NCBI GenBank assembly: GCA_963775425.1
Contig: CAVZJB010000012.1
Span: 64,001-128,000, forward strand
DNA from: an uncultured delta proteobacterium
Lineage (GTDB): Bacteria > Myxococcota > UBA727 > VGSZ01
Direction of reading: 5' to 3'
Length of the DNA stretch: 64,000 nt
Position 1 is the stretch's first letter. Every line of letters starts with the position of its first letter. The position numbers and the translations under genes were made by a program. Shown here one piece after another: positions 13,313 to 21,901 of the stretch. The notes beneath the pieces are model-generated. The model ran no database searches. It had not been told where the DNA came from and saw nothing but the letters and a program-made list of their open reading frames with translations.

Positions 13313-14518
13313 TCAGGCGGCGAGCGCGGCGGCGCGGCCGTGAAGGGCCGGGTCGTACGGGACGCGGGCTTTCCAGCACGCGTACAGCACCCGGAGCCAC
13401 GCACGAGCGAGGATGCGGGTCGCATGCGGGTGGTCGTGGCCGCGAGCGCGGGCAGCGTCGTAGAGGGCGGCGGCCCATGGCGAGCTGTGTCGCGAGTTGT
13501 CGGCCCAGAGGGTCACGGCGGAGCGCAGGTGCTTGTTGCACGCCCACCGGAACGCGACGCCGACGTGCTTGCCGGACGCGAACGTTACGGGGCACACGCC
13601 AGCCTCGGCCTCGAGGTGCTCGTGGCTGTCGAAGCGCGCGCGCTCGTCGCCGAGCTCGCTGAGAATCTGCGCGGCGTTGATGCGTCCGCTGCGCGGAAAC
13701 GACATCACGATGTGCCCGTCGGGGTGCGCCTCGACGGCGTGTTCGACGGCGGCGTTGAGCTTCTTGAGACGTGCGACGACGATGTCGAGGACCGCGACGA
13801 GGTGCTGCACGGCTTCCCCCTTCGCCTCGGCCTCCATCTCGCCGCACTTGCCGCTGGGCGCACCTCGCAAGCGGCCCAGGAGCTCGGCGACGTCCCTGCG
13901 ACCGGAGTAGTGGTTGCGCGCCAGGAACGCTTCGAGCCGCTTCTCGCCGACGCGCTCGGCGTGCTGCGGTGTCGGGTACCTCCCGAGGAACGCCAGCGCG
14001 ATGGGCGAGTCGATGTCGCGGAAGATGCACGCGGCGCCGGCCCAGAAGCTCTCAACGAGCGCGCGCAGCTGGTTCGCCAGTGCAACCCGCTCGGCAACGA
14101 GGTCGCCGCGTGCGCGAACGAGGGCACGCAGCGCCTTCGTCTCGTCTCCGAGCGGCGTGAGCGTCTTGAAGCGATGCCCATCGGTGCGCAGCAAGTCTGC
14201 CAGCAGGTAGCTGTCGCCGGGGTCGCTCTTGGCGCCAACGCTCGAGTAGCGCGGACGCGTCGCTTTCACGACGTTCGGGTGAATCGGCACGACGTGGAAT
14301 CCCGCATCGACCAGCGTGTCGACGACGAGCCCCGTCGGCCGCTCGATGGCGATGCGCAGCGGCGCTTCCTCAGTGAACCTACGGAGCTTCGCCACAGCGC
14401 CGGTGAGACCCTCCTCGGTGTGCTTGACGACGAGGCGGAGCACGACGCTGCCCTTGTCGTCGATGACGCAGACGGCGTGTTCGTTCGCCGCCCAATCCAA
14501 ACCTGCAAAGTACGACAC
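13313..14518 (-). CDS. IS110-family DEDD recombinase/transposase
   Basis: 'FAGLDWA', 'IAIE', 'KSDPGDSYLLA', 'AGVCPVTFASGK', 'ILARAWLRVLY'; AAGGAGG RBS upstream of GTG 14518. Confidence 0.95.
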   Translation of the reverse strand: MSYFAGLDWAANEHAVCVIDDKGSVVLRLVVKHTEEGLTGAVAKLRRFTEEAPLRIAIERPTGLVVDTLVDAGFHVVPIHPNVVKATRPRYSSVGAKSDPGDSYLLADLLRTDGHRFKTLTPLGDETKALRALVRARGDLVAERVALANQLRALVESFWAGAACIFRDIDSPIALAFLGRYPTPQHAERVGEKRLEAFLARNHYSGRRDVAELLGRLRGAPSGKCGEMEAEAKGEAVQHLVAVLDIVVARLKKLNAAVEHAVEAHPDGHIVMSFPRSGRINAAQILSELGDERARFDSHEHLEAEAGVCPVTFASGKHVGVAFRWACNKHLRSAVTLWADNSRHSSPWAAALYDAARARGHDHPHATRILARAWLRVLYACWKARVPYDPALHGRAAALAA

Positions 14519-14544
14519 GACGGACCTCCTTGTTGCGGTACCGT

Positions 14545-14760
14545 CCCCCGGGCTGGGAGCCTTGATCGGTTGCTCATTGACAGGCGCTCCGTCGTCGTCA
14601 GCAAACATCGTCGGGCGCAACGTCCTGTAGCCGCTTCAAGGCTCCCGGCTTCGTCGAGGGGGCGGGTCTCACAGGGGCCGTTCACCGGCAAGCGAGCGCG
14701 GCCCTCCCCGACGAAGCCCGGGAGACGGCGCCGGGAAGATCGCTCAACCCGTCACCGCGG
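14545..14760 (-). ncRNA. Putative IS110 bridge RNA (target-binding and donor-binding loops); ends approximate
   Basis: Perfect stems 14647-14656/14709-14718 and 14555-14565/14636-14646 enclose segments matching the target (14668-14675, 14691-14695) and the element ends (14620-14628, 14573-14579). Confidence 0.8.
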
Positions 14761-14775
14761 CGTAGAGGTTGTCCA

Positions 14776-15303
14776 ATGAGCGACGACGTCGACGCCGTCG
14801 TGCGCGCCCACGGCCCCGACGTCTGGCGGCTGCTCAAGCGCATCTTCGGCCAGCACGCCGACGTCGACGACACCTTCCAGCAGGTGATGCTCGAGGTCGT
14901 GCGCGCGCTGCCGTCCTTCCGCGGCGACAGCGAGTTGTCGACGTGGATCCACCGCATCACGCTCAACGTGGCCTACCAGCGCATGCGGCGCGGCTACCGG
15001 GGTGTCGAGGTCGACCTCGACGAGGCCGGCGTCGCCGTGGCCGACGTCGACGTCGAGGGGCAGGTGGCCGACGCCCAGACCGCGCGCCGCCTCTACGAGA
15101 GCCTCGAGGCGCTGCCGCCCAAGAAGCGCATCGCCGTGGTGCTCCACGACGTCGAGGGCCTCACGCTCAAGGAGATCGGCGAGCGCCTGGGCATCCCGTT
15201 GCAGACCGTGGCGTCGCAGCTCCACTCCGGGCGGGCGATGCTCGCCGAGGCGCTGTTCGTCCAGGGCGAAAACCGCGCGCGCGCGAAGGGGGGCGAGCGA
15301 TGA
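14776..15303 (+). CDS. ECF RNA polymerase sigma factor
   Basis: 'DVDDTFQQVMLEV...FRGDSELSTWIHRITLN' (region 2); 'LPPKKRIAVVLHDVEGLTLKEIGERLGIPLQTVASQL' (region 4). Confidence 0.93.
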   Translation: MSDDVDAVVRAHGPDVWRLLKRIFGQHADVDDTFQQVMLEVVRALPSFRGDSELSTWIHRITLNVAYQRMRRGYRGVEVDLDEAGVAVADVDVEGQVADAQTARRLYESLEALPPKKRIAVVLHDVEGLTLKEIGERLGIPLQTVASQLHSGRAMLAEALFVQGENRARAKGGER

Positions 15304-16446
15304 CGCGCTCCTGCGCCGACGTGCGCGCGCTGCTCGGGGGCTACCTGCACGGCGACGTCGCCCCGCTCGAGCGCACCCTCGTGGAGGCGCACCTCGCCCG
15401 CTGCGCGTCGTGCGCGTCGGTGAAGGACGCGCTCGCGGAGGGGCTCCGCGCCGCGCGCATTGGAGCCCGCGATCGACGTCGAGGGCCTCGTCGCGCTGGT
15501 CAGGGCCGCGCCGTCGTCGACGCCGCCGCTCGGCGTCCCCCTCGACGACTCCCTCGGCGTCTCTCTCGACGTCTCCCTCGACGACGTGCCTGGGCGGTCC
15601 CCGCGCCTCCGGCGCGCGCGCCCGTCGCGTCGCTGGGCGTTCGCCGCGGCGCTGGCGTCGGCGTCGGCGCTCGCCGCGTCCTTCGTTGTCGTCGCGCCGC
15701 GCATGCACGCCACGCCGCCCGTGAGCGCCGCGGCGCCGCCCGCGCTGTCGTCGCCCGCGCTGTCGTCGCCCGCGCCGTCGTCGGCCGCGCCGTCGTCGGC
15801 CGCGCCGTCGTCGGCCGCGCCGTCGTCGGCCGCGCCGTCGTCGCCCGCGCCGGAGAGGGCGGCGCTCCCCGCGCCGCACGACGCGCTCGCGCGCCGCGAC
15901 GTCGGCCCGCGCGCGCCGCGCACGCCGTCGCACCACGCCCACCGCGCGCCGCGCGCGCGCCCGCGCGCCACGCCCCCCGACGACGATGGTGGCGCGCGCC
16001 TCGCGCTCGCGACGCCGCCCGCGCCGGCGCCGCCGGAGGCCGCCCTGCGGGAGGCCGGGCTCGACGAGCTGCTGCCGTTGCTCGACGAGGCGGCCCGTCT
16101 CGGGCGCAACGGCGACGGCGTCGAGGCGCTCGCCCGCTATCACGCGCTGGAGTCCGACCCGCGCTTCGCCCGCCACGTCGACCTCATCGCCTACGAGCGC
16201 GCGCGCCTGCAGGGGCTCGTGCTCGGTGACGTCGACATCGCCCGCGCCGAGCTCGCGCGCCTCGCCGCCGAGGGCGCCGGCCACGTCGCCGACGAGGCCG
16301 CGCTCACGCGCTGCGAGGTGGAGCGCACGCGCGCCCCGTGCGCGGCGCTCACCTGCCTCGACGACGTCGCGCACAGCGGCCGCGGCGCCGCGAGCGACGC
16401 CGCCCACCTGCGCGCCCGTTGGGCCGCGTCTTGCCCCGGACGGTGA
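15300..16446 (+). CDS. zf-HC2 anti-sigma factor with TM segment and TPR-like C-terminus; apparent frameshift near 15460
   Basis: 'MTRSCADVRALL...EAHLARCASC' zf-HC2 motif with ATGA overlap to the sigma stop; continues in the 15460..16446 frame. Confidence 0.78.
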
Positions 16447-16551
16447 CGACGCGCGTTGGTGTGAGGTCGAACTTTGCAAGAGATGCGCCGGAGCGTTTCA
16501 AGGTGAGGCGCTCCGCAGGGACGCGGGCGACGCGCCGGGCGCTTCCCTACG

Positions 16552-17919
16552 ATGGCGAGCGTGCCGTGCTCGCCCGCCCCTGTGTGGAGGAGACCGCTGC
16601 GCCCTCGCAGCGCGGCACGGGTATCGGGCGGCCTCCTGGTCGCTGCGCTGGTGTCGTCGACGCTCGCGTGCCGCCAGGAGATCGATCTGCGCTCGCGCAC
16701 GCGCCTGCGCGCACCGCCGGCGGGGACGCTGCCGACCGTCACCGCGCCGCGCTTCGAGGTCCTCGACGACGACGCGTTCAGCGACGGCGCGCGCTCCGGG
16801 ACGCTGTTCTTCCATGACGGCACCCTCTGGCTCGGCCCGTCCGCCGACGGGCGCCGCGCGCTGCGCTACGACCCGGTCGGCGACGTCCTCGGCGACGTGA
16901 AGTTCTCCATCACCGGCGATCTCGGCTCGGGCAGCAACGCCTCCGGCTCGCCGTACCCCTCGTTCGGCACCGAGGGCTGCCACCCGAACACCGACGCGTG
17001 CGGCCCGGACAACGAGACCGGACCGGTCCTCCTGAACAGCGCCGTGATCGACGGCGCCGAGACGCTCATCGCCGTCGGCGGCAAGGCAGGAGGTGGCTTG
17101 CACGACCTCTACGTCGGCTCCCTCGTGAACGACGTCGCGAGCTTCTCCTTCTTCGACCTCGGCGCCGCGATCGGCAGCCAGGCCAAGGGCGTGTCGTTCG
17201 CGCAACCGCACGGAGGGCACCTCGCGCTCGGCCTGCGCGACCACGGCGCCCACGCGCCGCACATCGTCGATCTGGTGCACGTGCGCCCCGGCGGCGTCGC
17301 CGGCCCCGGTGACATCGACGACCTGCACGGCAACGGCATCGGCGGCGGCCGCGCCATCGACAGCATCCGCGCCGTCGGCGACGTCGCCTACGCCGCCACC
17401 GGCGCCGTCATCGCCCGCAGCGATCGCGGGCTCGACGACCCCGGCTGGGTCGACGCCACGCCCGCGGGCTTCGGCGACGCGGAGTCGCTCGACGTCGACG
17501 GCGCTTCGGCACAGCCGCTGCGCGACCGCGCGGTGCCCGCCTTCGCCACCCTCGACGACGTCGTCGCGTTCGGCCGCAACACCGTCGGCGGGCCGCAACT
17601 GTGGACGTGCCCGCGGCTGTCGTGCGGCGCGGGCGACTGGAGCATGGTGTCGCTCCCCGGCGAGCGCGTGAGCAGCCTCGTCGGCACCGGCGCGACCATG
17701 GTGCTCACCGTCGACGACGCCGCGGGCGCCCAGGTGTTGATCAGCTTCGACGGGCGGCGCTTCGCCACGCTCGACGGCGTCGACGGCCTCGGCACGCGCG
17801 TCCTCGCCACCGCGGCGGCGCGCCTCGCGGGCGACGCCTGGCTGTACGCGCTGGTCGCCGATGACGACGGCCCCGCGCGCCTGGTGCGCGTCCTGCTCCC
17901 GAGCGCCGACGCCGGCTGA
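16552..17919 (+). CDS. Hypothetical lipoprotein (start uncertain)
   Basis: Lipobox-like 'LVSSTLAC'; high-GC3 codon usage; beta-rich sequence. Confidence 0.65.
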   Translation: MASVPCSPAPVWRRPLRPRSAARVSGGLLVAALVSSTLACRQEIDLRSRTRLRAPPAGTLPTVTAPRFEVLDDDAFSDGARSGTLFFHDGTLWLGPSADGRRALRYDPVGDVLGDVKFSITGDLGSGSNASGSPYPSFGTEGCHPNTDACGPDNETGPVLLNSAVIDGAETLIAVGGKAGGGLHDLYVGSLVNDVASFSFFDLGAAIGSQAKGVSFAQPHGGHLALGLRDHGAHAPHIVDLVHVRPGGVAGPGDIDDLHGNGIGGGRAIDSIRAVGDVAYAATGAVIARSDRGLDDPGWVDATPAGFGDAESLDVDGASAQPLRDRAVPAFATLDDVVAFGRNTVGGPQLWTCPRLSCGAGDWSMVSLPGERVSSLVGTGATMVLTVDDAAGAQVLISFDGRRFATLDGVDGLGTRVLATAAARLAGDAWLYALVADDDGPARLVRVLLPSADAG

Positions 17920-17929
17920 GCGCGCCTCG

Positions 17930-20089
17930 TCAGCCGCCGAGGAAGATGCAGCTCCCGCCGGAGGAGCAGATCATGCCCTCGCAGCAGGCGCGGTGGTCGT
18001 CGCAGGACTCGCCGGCCTGCGCGCACTCCGAGGTGAGGCAGCGGGCGGTGCCGGTGCCGTCGTCGACGCAGAGGCCCTGACAGCAGTCTGCGTCGAGCTG
18101 GCAGATCTGGCCGTCGTCCGCGCACACGGAGCCCGGCGGCAGGCACTGCAGTTGGCCGCTGCCGTCGTCGACGCAGTTGAGGCCGTCGCAGCAGTCGGCG
18201 TCGGCGGCGCAGACGTCGCCGGTGAGCGCGCACGCGTCGTCGGGCGGCACGCACTGCGCGACGCCGTTCACGGGACGGCAGAGGCCGTCGCCGCAGCAGG
18301 CGGCGTCGGAGTCGCACAGGCCGCCGGTCTCCGCGCAGGGCTTGGGCGCGAAGAACGACGAGAGGTTCTCGCTGTCCTCGCTCTGGCCGGGGAGCCAGAA
18401 CGCGGGGTGCGACGGGTCGACGCCGCTCGACGGGTCCGCGGTCTCGTCGACGGCGGCGACCCAGACCTGCGGGCGGTCCTGACCGCGGATGTGATGCCCG
18501 TAGTCGCGCCGCGAATAGAAGGCGATCCACATGTAGCCGCCCTCGACCTTGGGGTTGAACGTGGGCGCGTAGCCCGAGTGCGAGGGGTTCGCGCGCTGGA
18601 GCATCACGCGCGGCGCATCGCCGCTTGGGTCCGCCGCCGACGCGAGCATGAGGTCCGCGGGCGTGGTGGAGCGCGACGCGGTGCCGAACGCGAACGCCAC
18701 GAGGCGCCCGTCGGGCGAAAACGACGGGAAGTAGATGGTGGCGCCGTTGCCGGGCACCAGGGTGCGCACGTTCGAGATGGTGCGCGCGACGGGGTCGACG
18801 TCGGCGACGTCGAGGTCGCTCGAGTTGAAGTCGATCTCCCAGCCGGGCACCGCGCCGTCCTGGCGGATGTTGGCGGCGAAGGCGAGCTGGGTGCCGGTGG
18901 GCGAGAAGCTCGGCTGCGACGCGTCGATGCCGAGGTCTGTGAAGCCGGGCACGACGCCGCCGGTGACGCCGTCGCGCAGCGTGAGGCGGTTTTGGAAGTT
19001 GGTGACGAGGAGCGAGCCGTCGGGGTTGAGCGCCGAGAAGTTCCAGGCGCGCCCGGGCTCGTCGAGGAGCACCGGCGTCCCGTCGGCGCCGATGACGCCG
19101 CCGGCGCCGTTTCCGCCGTTGTAGGTGAAGCTCATCTTCTGCCCGTTGGCGGACAGCGAGTGGCAGGCGCGGCAGCCGGTGTCGGCGGGATCCTGCGAGG
19201 GGATGGCGAGGTCGATGGGGTCGAGGCTGTCGGCGTCGATGCGCACGATGCGGCCGCGGTCCACGGCCCAGTAGTAGACGGTGGACGTGAGGTCCGCGGC
19301 GGCGAGGTTCACCGTGATGGTGCGCCGGGCGATCTCCTGGCCGGGCCCGTCGGTCTCCTCGACGGTGAGCGTGAAGCTCGCGCCCACGTGGGCGAGCAGG
19401 AAGCGCCGCCATGCGTCCGCCGACGGCACCGCCTCGTTGGCGTCGGTGTAGATGTCGAGCGAGCCGAACGCGCCGGAGAGCGCGAGGTGCGCGCGCGCGT
19501 GGCTCTTGTCCCACTGCACGTCCATGGGCGCGAGGTTGGCGGGGATGACGACGCCGTCCTCGGGGTACAGCAGCGACAGCGGCGTCGACGACACCGCGCC
19601 CGTAAAGTCGCCGGGGCTCGAGGCGCCGCCGGCGGTGATGACCTCGTGCAGGTGCACGGACACCGTGGTGGTGCCCTCGAGACCGCCGGCGCGCGCGCGC
19701 ACGAGGCAGTCGCCGGCGCGCTCGCGTGAGGGCGTGAACAGGCCGGTCTGATCGACGGTGCCGACGGCGGTGTCGAGGCTGCCCCAGAACGCGCCCGGCG
19801 CCGGCGTCTGCGCGCCCGCGTCGTCGACGAGGAACGCCTGGAGCTGCTGCGTCTCGGCGCCGCCCACGGTGGCGTCGAGCACCGGGTGGTCCGGCGTGAT
19901 GACGAGCGCGACATAGTGCGGCCCGGGGTCTCCCTCGCCCTCGCCTTCGCCCTCGCCTTCGCCTTCGCCCTCGCCGGCGACGTCGTGGCCGGGGCCCTTG
20001 TGCGCGCCGCCGGGCTTGTCGGCGCAGCCGTCGCAGGACATGGAGAGGAACGGGATTGCGAGCACGAGGGGGAGAGCGCGCAGGAGCAT
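17930..20089 (-). CDS. TolB-like/PD40 beta-propeller lipoprotein with GE linker, Ig-like domain and Cys-rich repeats; paralogue of 6806..8891
   Basis: MLLRALP...SCDGC leader; CRACH motif; QPSFSPTG and FPSFSPDG; several C-x5-CC repeats; ends CIFLGG*. Confidence 0.85.
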   Translation of the reverse strand: MLLRALPLVLAIPFLSMSCDGCADKPGGAHKGPGHDVAGEGEGEGEGEGEGEGDPGPHYVALVITPDHPVLDATVGGAETQQLQAFLVDDAGAQTPAPGAFWGSLDTAVGTVDQTGLFTPSRERAGDCLVRARAGGLEGTTTVSVHLHEVITAGGASSPGDFTGAVSSTPLSLLYPEDGVVIPANLAPMDVQWDKSHARAHLALSGAFGSLDIYTDANEAVPSADAWRRFLLAHVGASFTLTVEETDGPGQEIARRTITVNLAAADLTSTVYYWAVDRGRIVRIDADSLDPIDLAIPSQDPADTGCRACHSLSANGQKMSFTYNGGNGAGGVIGADGTPVLLDEPGRAWNFSALNPDGSLLVTNFQNRLTLRDGVTGGVVPGFTDLGIDASQPSFSPTGTQLAFAANIRQDGAVPGWEIDFNSSDLDVADVDPVARTISNVRTLVPGNGATIYFPSFSPDGRLVAFAFGTASRSTTPADLMLASAADPSGDAPRVMLQRANPSHSGYAPTFNPKVEGGYMWIAFYSRRDYGHHIRGQDRPQVWVAAVDETADPSSGVDPSHPAFWLPGQSEDSENLSSFFAPKPCAETGGLCDSDAACCGDGLCRPVNGVAQCVPPDDACALTGDVCAADADCCDGLNCVDDGSGQLQCLPPGSVCADDGQICQLDADCCQGLCVDDGTGTARCLTSECAQAGESCDDHRACCEGMICSSGGSCIFLGG

Positions 20090-20138
20090 GCGCCCCTCAT
20101 GCCGCCCGCGCGCGTAGGACAAAAGGGGGATCTCCGCG

Positions 20139-20705
20139 ATGGGGTACAAAGGGGAGGTGACGCCGGAGACGCTCGCCAGGATGTGCCCGGGGCTGCCCCT
20201 CGACAAGGCCCGCGCGGTCGCGCCGCACCTCGACCAGGCGATGGAGGAGGCGGGCATCGACACGCCCGCGCGCCAGGCGGCGTTCATCGCGCAGGTGGGG
20301 CACGAGAGCGGCAACTTCAAGTACAGCGAGGAGATCGCGAGCGGCGCCGCCTACGAGGGCCGCCGCGACCTGGGCAACACGCACCCCGGCGACGGCGTGC
20401 GCTACAAGGGCCGCGGCTACATCCAGCTCACCGGGCGCGCCAACTACGAAGCCGCCGGCCGCGCCCTCGGCCTCGACGTCGTCAACCACCCCGAGCTCGC
20501 GGCGCAGCCGCACAACGCCGCGCGCATCGCGTGTTGGTATTGGAGCTCGCGCGGCCTGAACGCCAAGGCCGACGCCGGCGACTTCGACGGCATCACCCGC
20601 GCCATCAACGGCGGGGTCAACGGCAAGGCCGACCGCGACCGGCGCTACCGGCTCGCCCTCTCCGTGCTCGCGCCCGGCGACGCCGATCCCGAAGAGTCCC
20701 TATAG
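20139..20705 (+). CDS. Glycoside hydrolase family 19 (chitinase/lysozyme-like)
   Basis: 'AAFIAQVGHESG', 'YKGRGYIQLTGRANY', 'ITRAINGGVNG..DR'. Confidence 0.92.
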   Translation: MGYKGEVTPETLARMCPGLPLDKARAVAPHLDQAMEEAGIDTPARQAAFIAQVGHESGNFKYSEEIASGAAYEGRRDLGNTHPGDGVRYKGRGYIQLTGRANYEAAGRALGLDVVNHPELAAQPHNAARIACWYWSSRGLNAKADAGDFDGITRAINGGVNGKADRDRRYRLALSVLAPGDADPEESL

Positions 20706-20894
20706 GGACAATTCCTTGGCGACCCGCAGGATTATCCCGAAACGGATAGTTTGCTTTGTCATGCGTGAATGATCCGTAAAGCTCTCGCTCGCGGGGCTGC
20801 GCGTTGCGCACTCGCGGAGTCTTGCCGCGTCGCCGCCTGCCGCCGCGCGGACCACGAGGTCAAGGCTCGCGTCGTTCCACGCTTCGTCGAGCGT

Positions 20895-21464
20895 CTACCT
20901 CAGGTTGAAGAACGACTCCTTGCCGAGGTGGGGCAGGACCTTCTTCGCCAGGGCATCGAGGTCTCCGTGGCCGAGGGGCCACGACCAGCCGCCGTCGCCC
21001 CGGTATGTCATCCGCTCGACATGGAACCCGCGGCGGCCCGCGTCGTCGAGGACGAAGCGGACGACGGGCAGGTAGCGCCCACGAAGCAGCCAATCCTCGC
21101 GCCCGCCCCGGAGGCCGAACGGCGAGAGCGCCTCCAGGTCGATGGTGAGCCGCTCCGGCTCGAAGACGACGAGCGCCTTGTCCTTCTCGCTCGCCTCGAC
21201 CCGATACGCGGTGAGCCCGAGCGCGGCGAGCTCGCGGCGCACCGACTCCTCCTCGTCCGCCAAGAGGACGCGCGCGCGGCATTTCACCAGGCTCACCACC
21301 GCGCTCGCGACGCTCTCCGTCACCTCGTAGCCTTCGGGCACCGCGCCGAGGGCGCCCTCGCCGACGTCGCGCGCGAACACGTAGCGAGGCTTGCCGTTCT
21401 TGCTGCGGCGCTCGTGCAGGTAGAACGTGACGCCCTTGCGGTTGGTGTGGCTGAACGGCGTCAT
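20895..21464 (-). CDS. Hypothetical protein
   Basis: Clean 189-aa ORF with typical codon usage (MTPFSHTNRKGVTFYLH...). Confidence 0.7.
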   Translation of the reverse strand: MTPFSHTNRKGVTFYLHERRSKNGKPRYVFARDVGEGALGAVPEGYEVTESVASAVVSLVKCRARVLLADEEESVRRELAALGLTAYRVEASEKDKALVVFEPERLTIDLEALSPFGLRGGREDWLLRGRYLPVVRFVLDDAGRRGFHVERMTYRGDGGWSWPLGHGDLDALAKKVLPHLGKESFFNLR

Positions 21465-21661
21465 GCGGCACCGCGGTCGGGCGGAAGCGCGCCGGCGATC
21501 TCATCGACGTCGTCGAGGTGCCGTGGCACCTCGAGGAGCTCGGGCCATAGCGTCTCGTCTTCCTTCGCGCGCTGAAGACGGGCTGCATCCATCAGGGGAA
21601 GCTCGGCCAGTGTGTCGAGCCCTGCAAGAGGGCGCGCGGGATGCGCTCCAGCTCAGGGTCC

Positions 21662-21807
21662 GCGCGAGCGCGCCGCGTTGGTGCGCGCGAGGCTATGCGA
21701 GAGACCAGGGAATCCGTACGGCCTCGATGTCCGGGCGCTGTCCCGCGACTCAGCGATCGAACGAGCGCCGGGCGCACCAACGACGACGCGCTCGCGGGTC
21801 ACGCCGG
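21662..21807 (+). repeat. ~146-bp repeat, copy A (inverted relative to 39284..39431); internally palindromic
   Basis: Aligns with the reverse complement of 39284..39431, including an identical ~54-bp block TTGGTGCGCGCGAGGCTATGCGAGAGACCAGGGAATCCGTACGGCCTCGATGTC. Confidence 0.9.
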
Positions 21808-21901
21808 TTTCACGGGACGTTGCCGACGATGAGAGGGGTCGGCGGGCGCGCTGACGTCACCGAAGCGCCGCGCGGCAGAGCTCCGGCCGCGCCCAAGCGG
21901 T

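Larger units (their letters stand above)
13272..14780 (-). mobile_element. IS110-family insertion sequence, flanked by TGAG at both junctions
   Basis: TGAG at 13272-13275 and 14777-14780; removing 13276..14780 restores CTGTGAGCGAC. Carries a DEDD recombinase and a ~250-bp upstream non-coding end; no terminal inverted repeats seen. Confidence 0.88.

Noticed and set aside
9666-14030. 1454-aa minus-strand ORF and other Arg/Ala-rich overlapping ORFs (e.g. 55788..59129, 44369..47197)
   Set aside because: Shadow frames of real genes in very GC-rich DNA; no motifs.
20139-20705. GH19 as a prophage endolysin
   Set aside because: No holin, structural or integrase genes nearby.
20728-20760. Possible dif site or c-di-GMP riboswitch
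   Set aside because: No XerD arm (TTATGT..A) and no complete riboswitch consensus.
21572-21590. TGAAGACGGGCTGCA resembling the Tn402 terminal repeat
   Set aside because: Lacks the TGT terminus, has no partner end and no tni genes.
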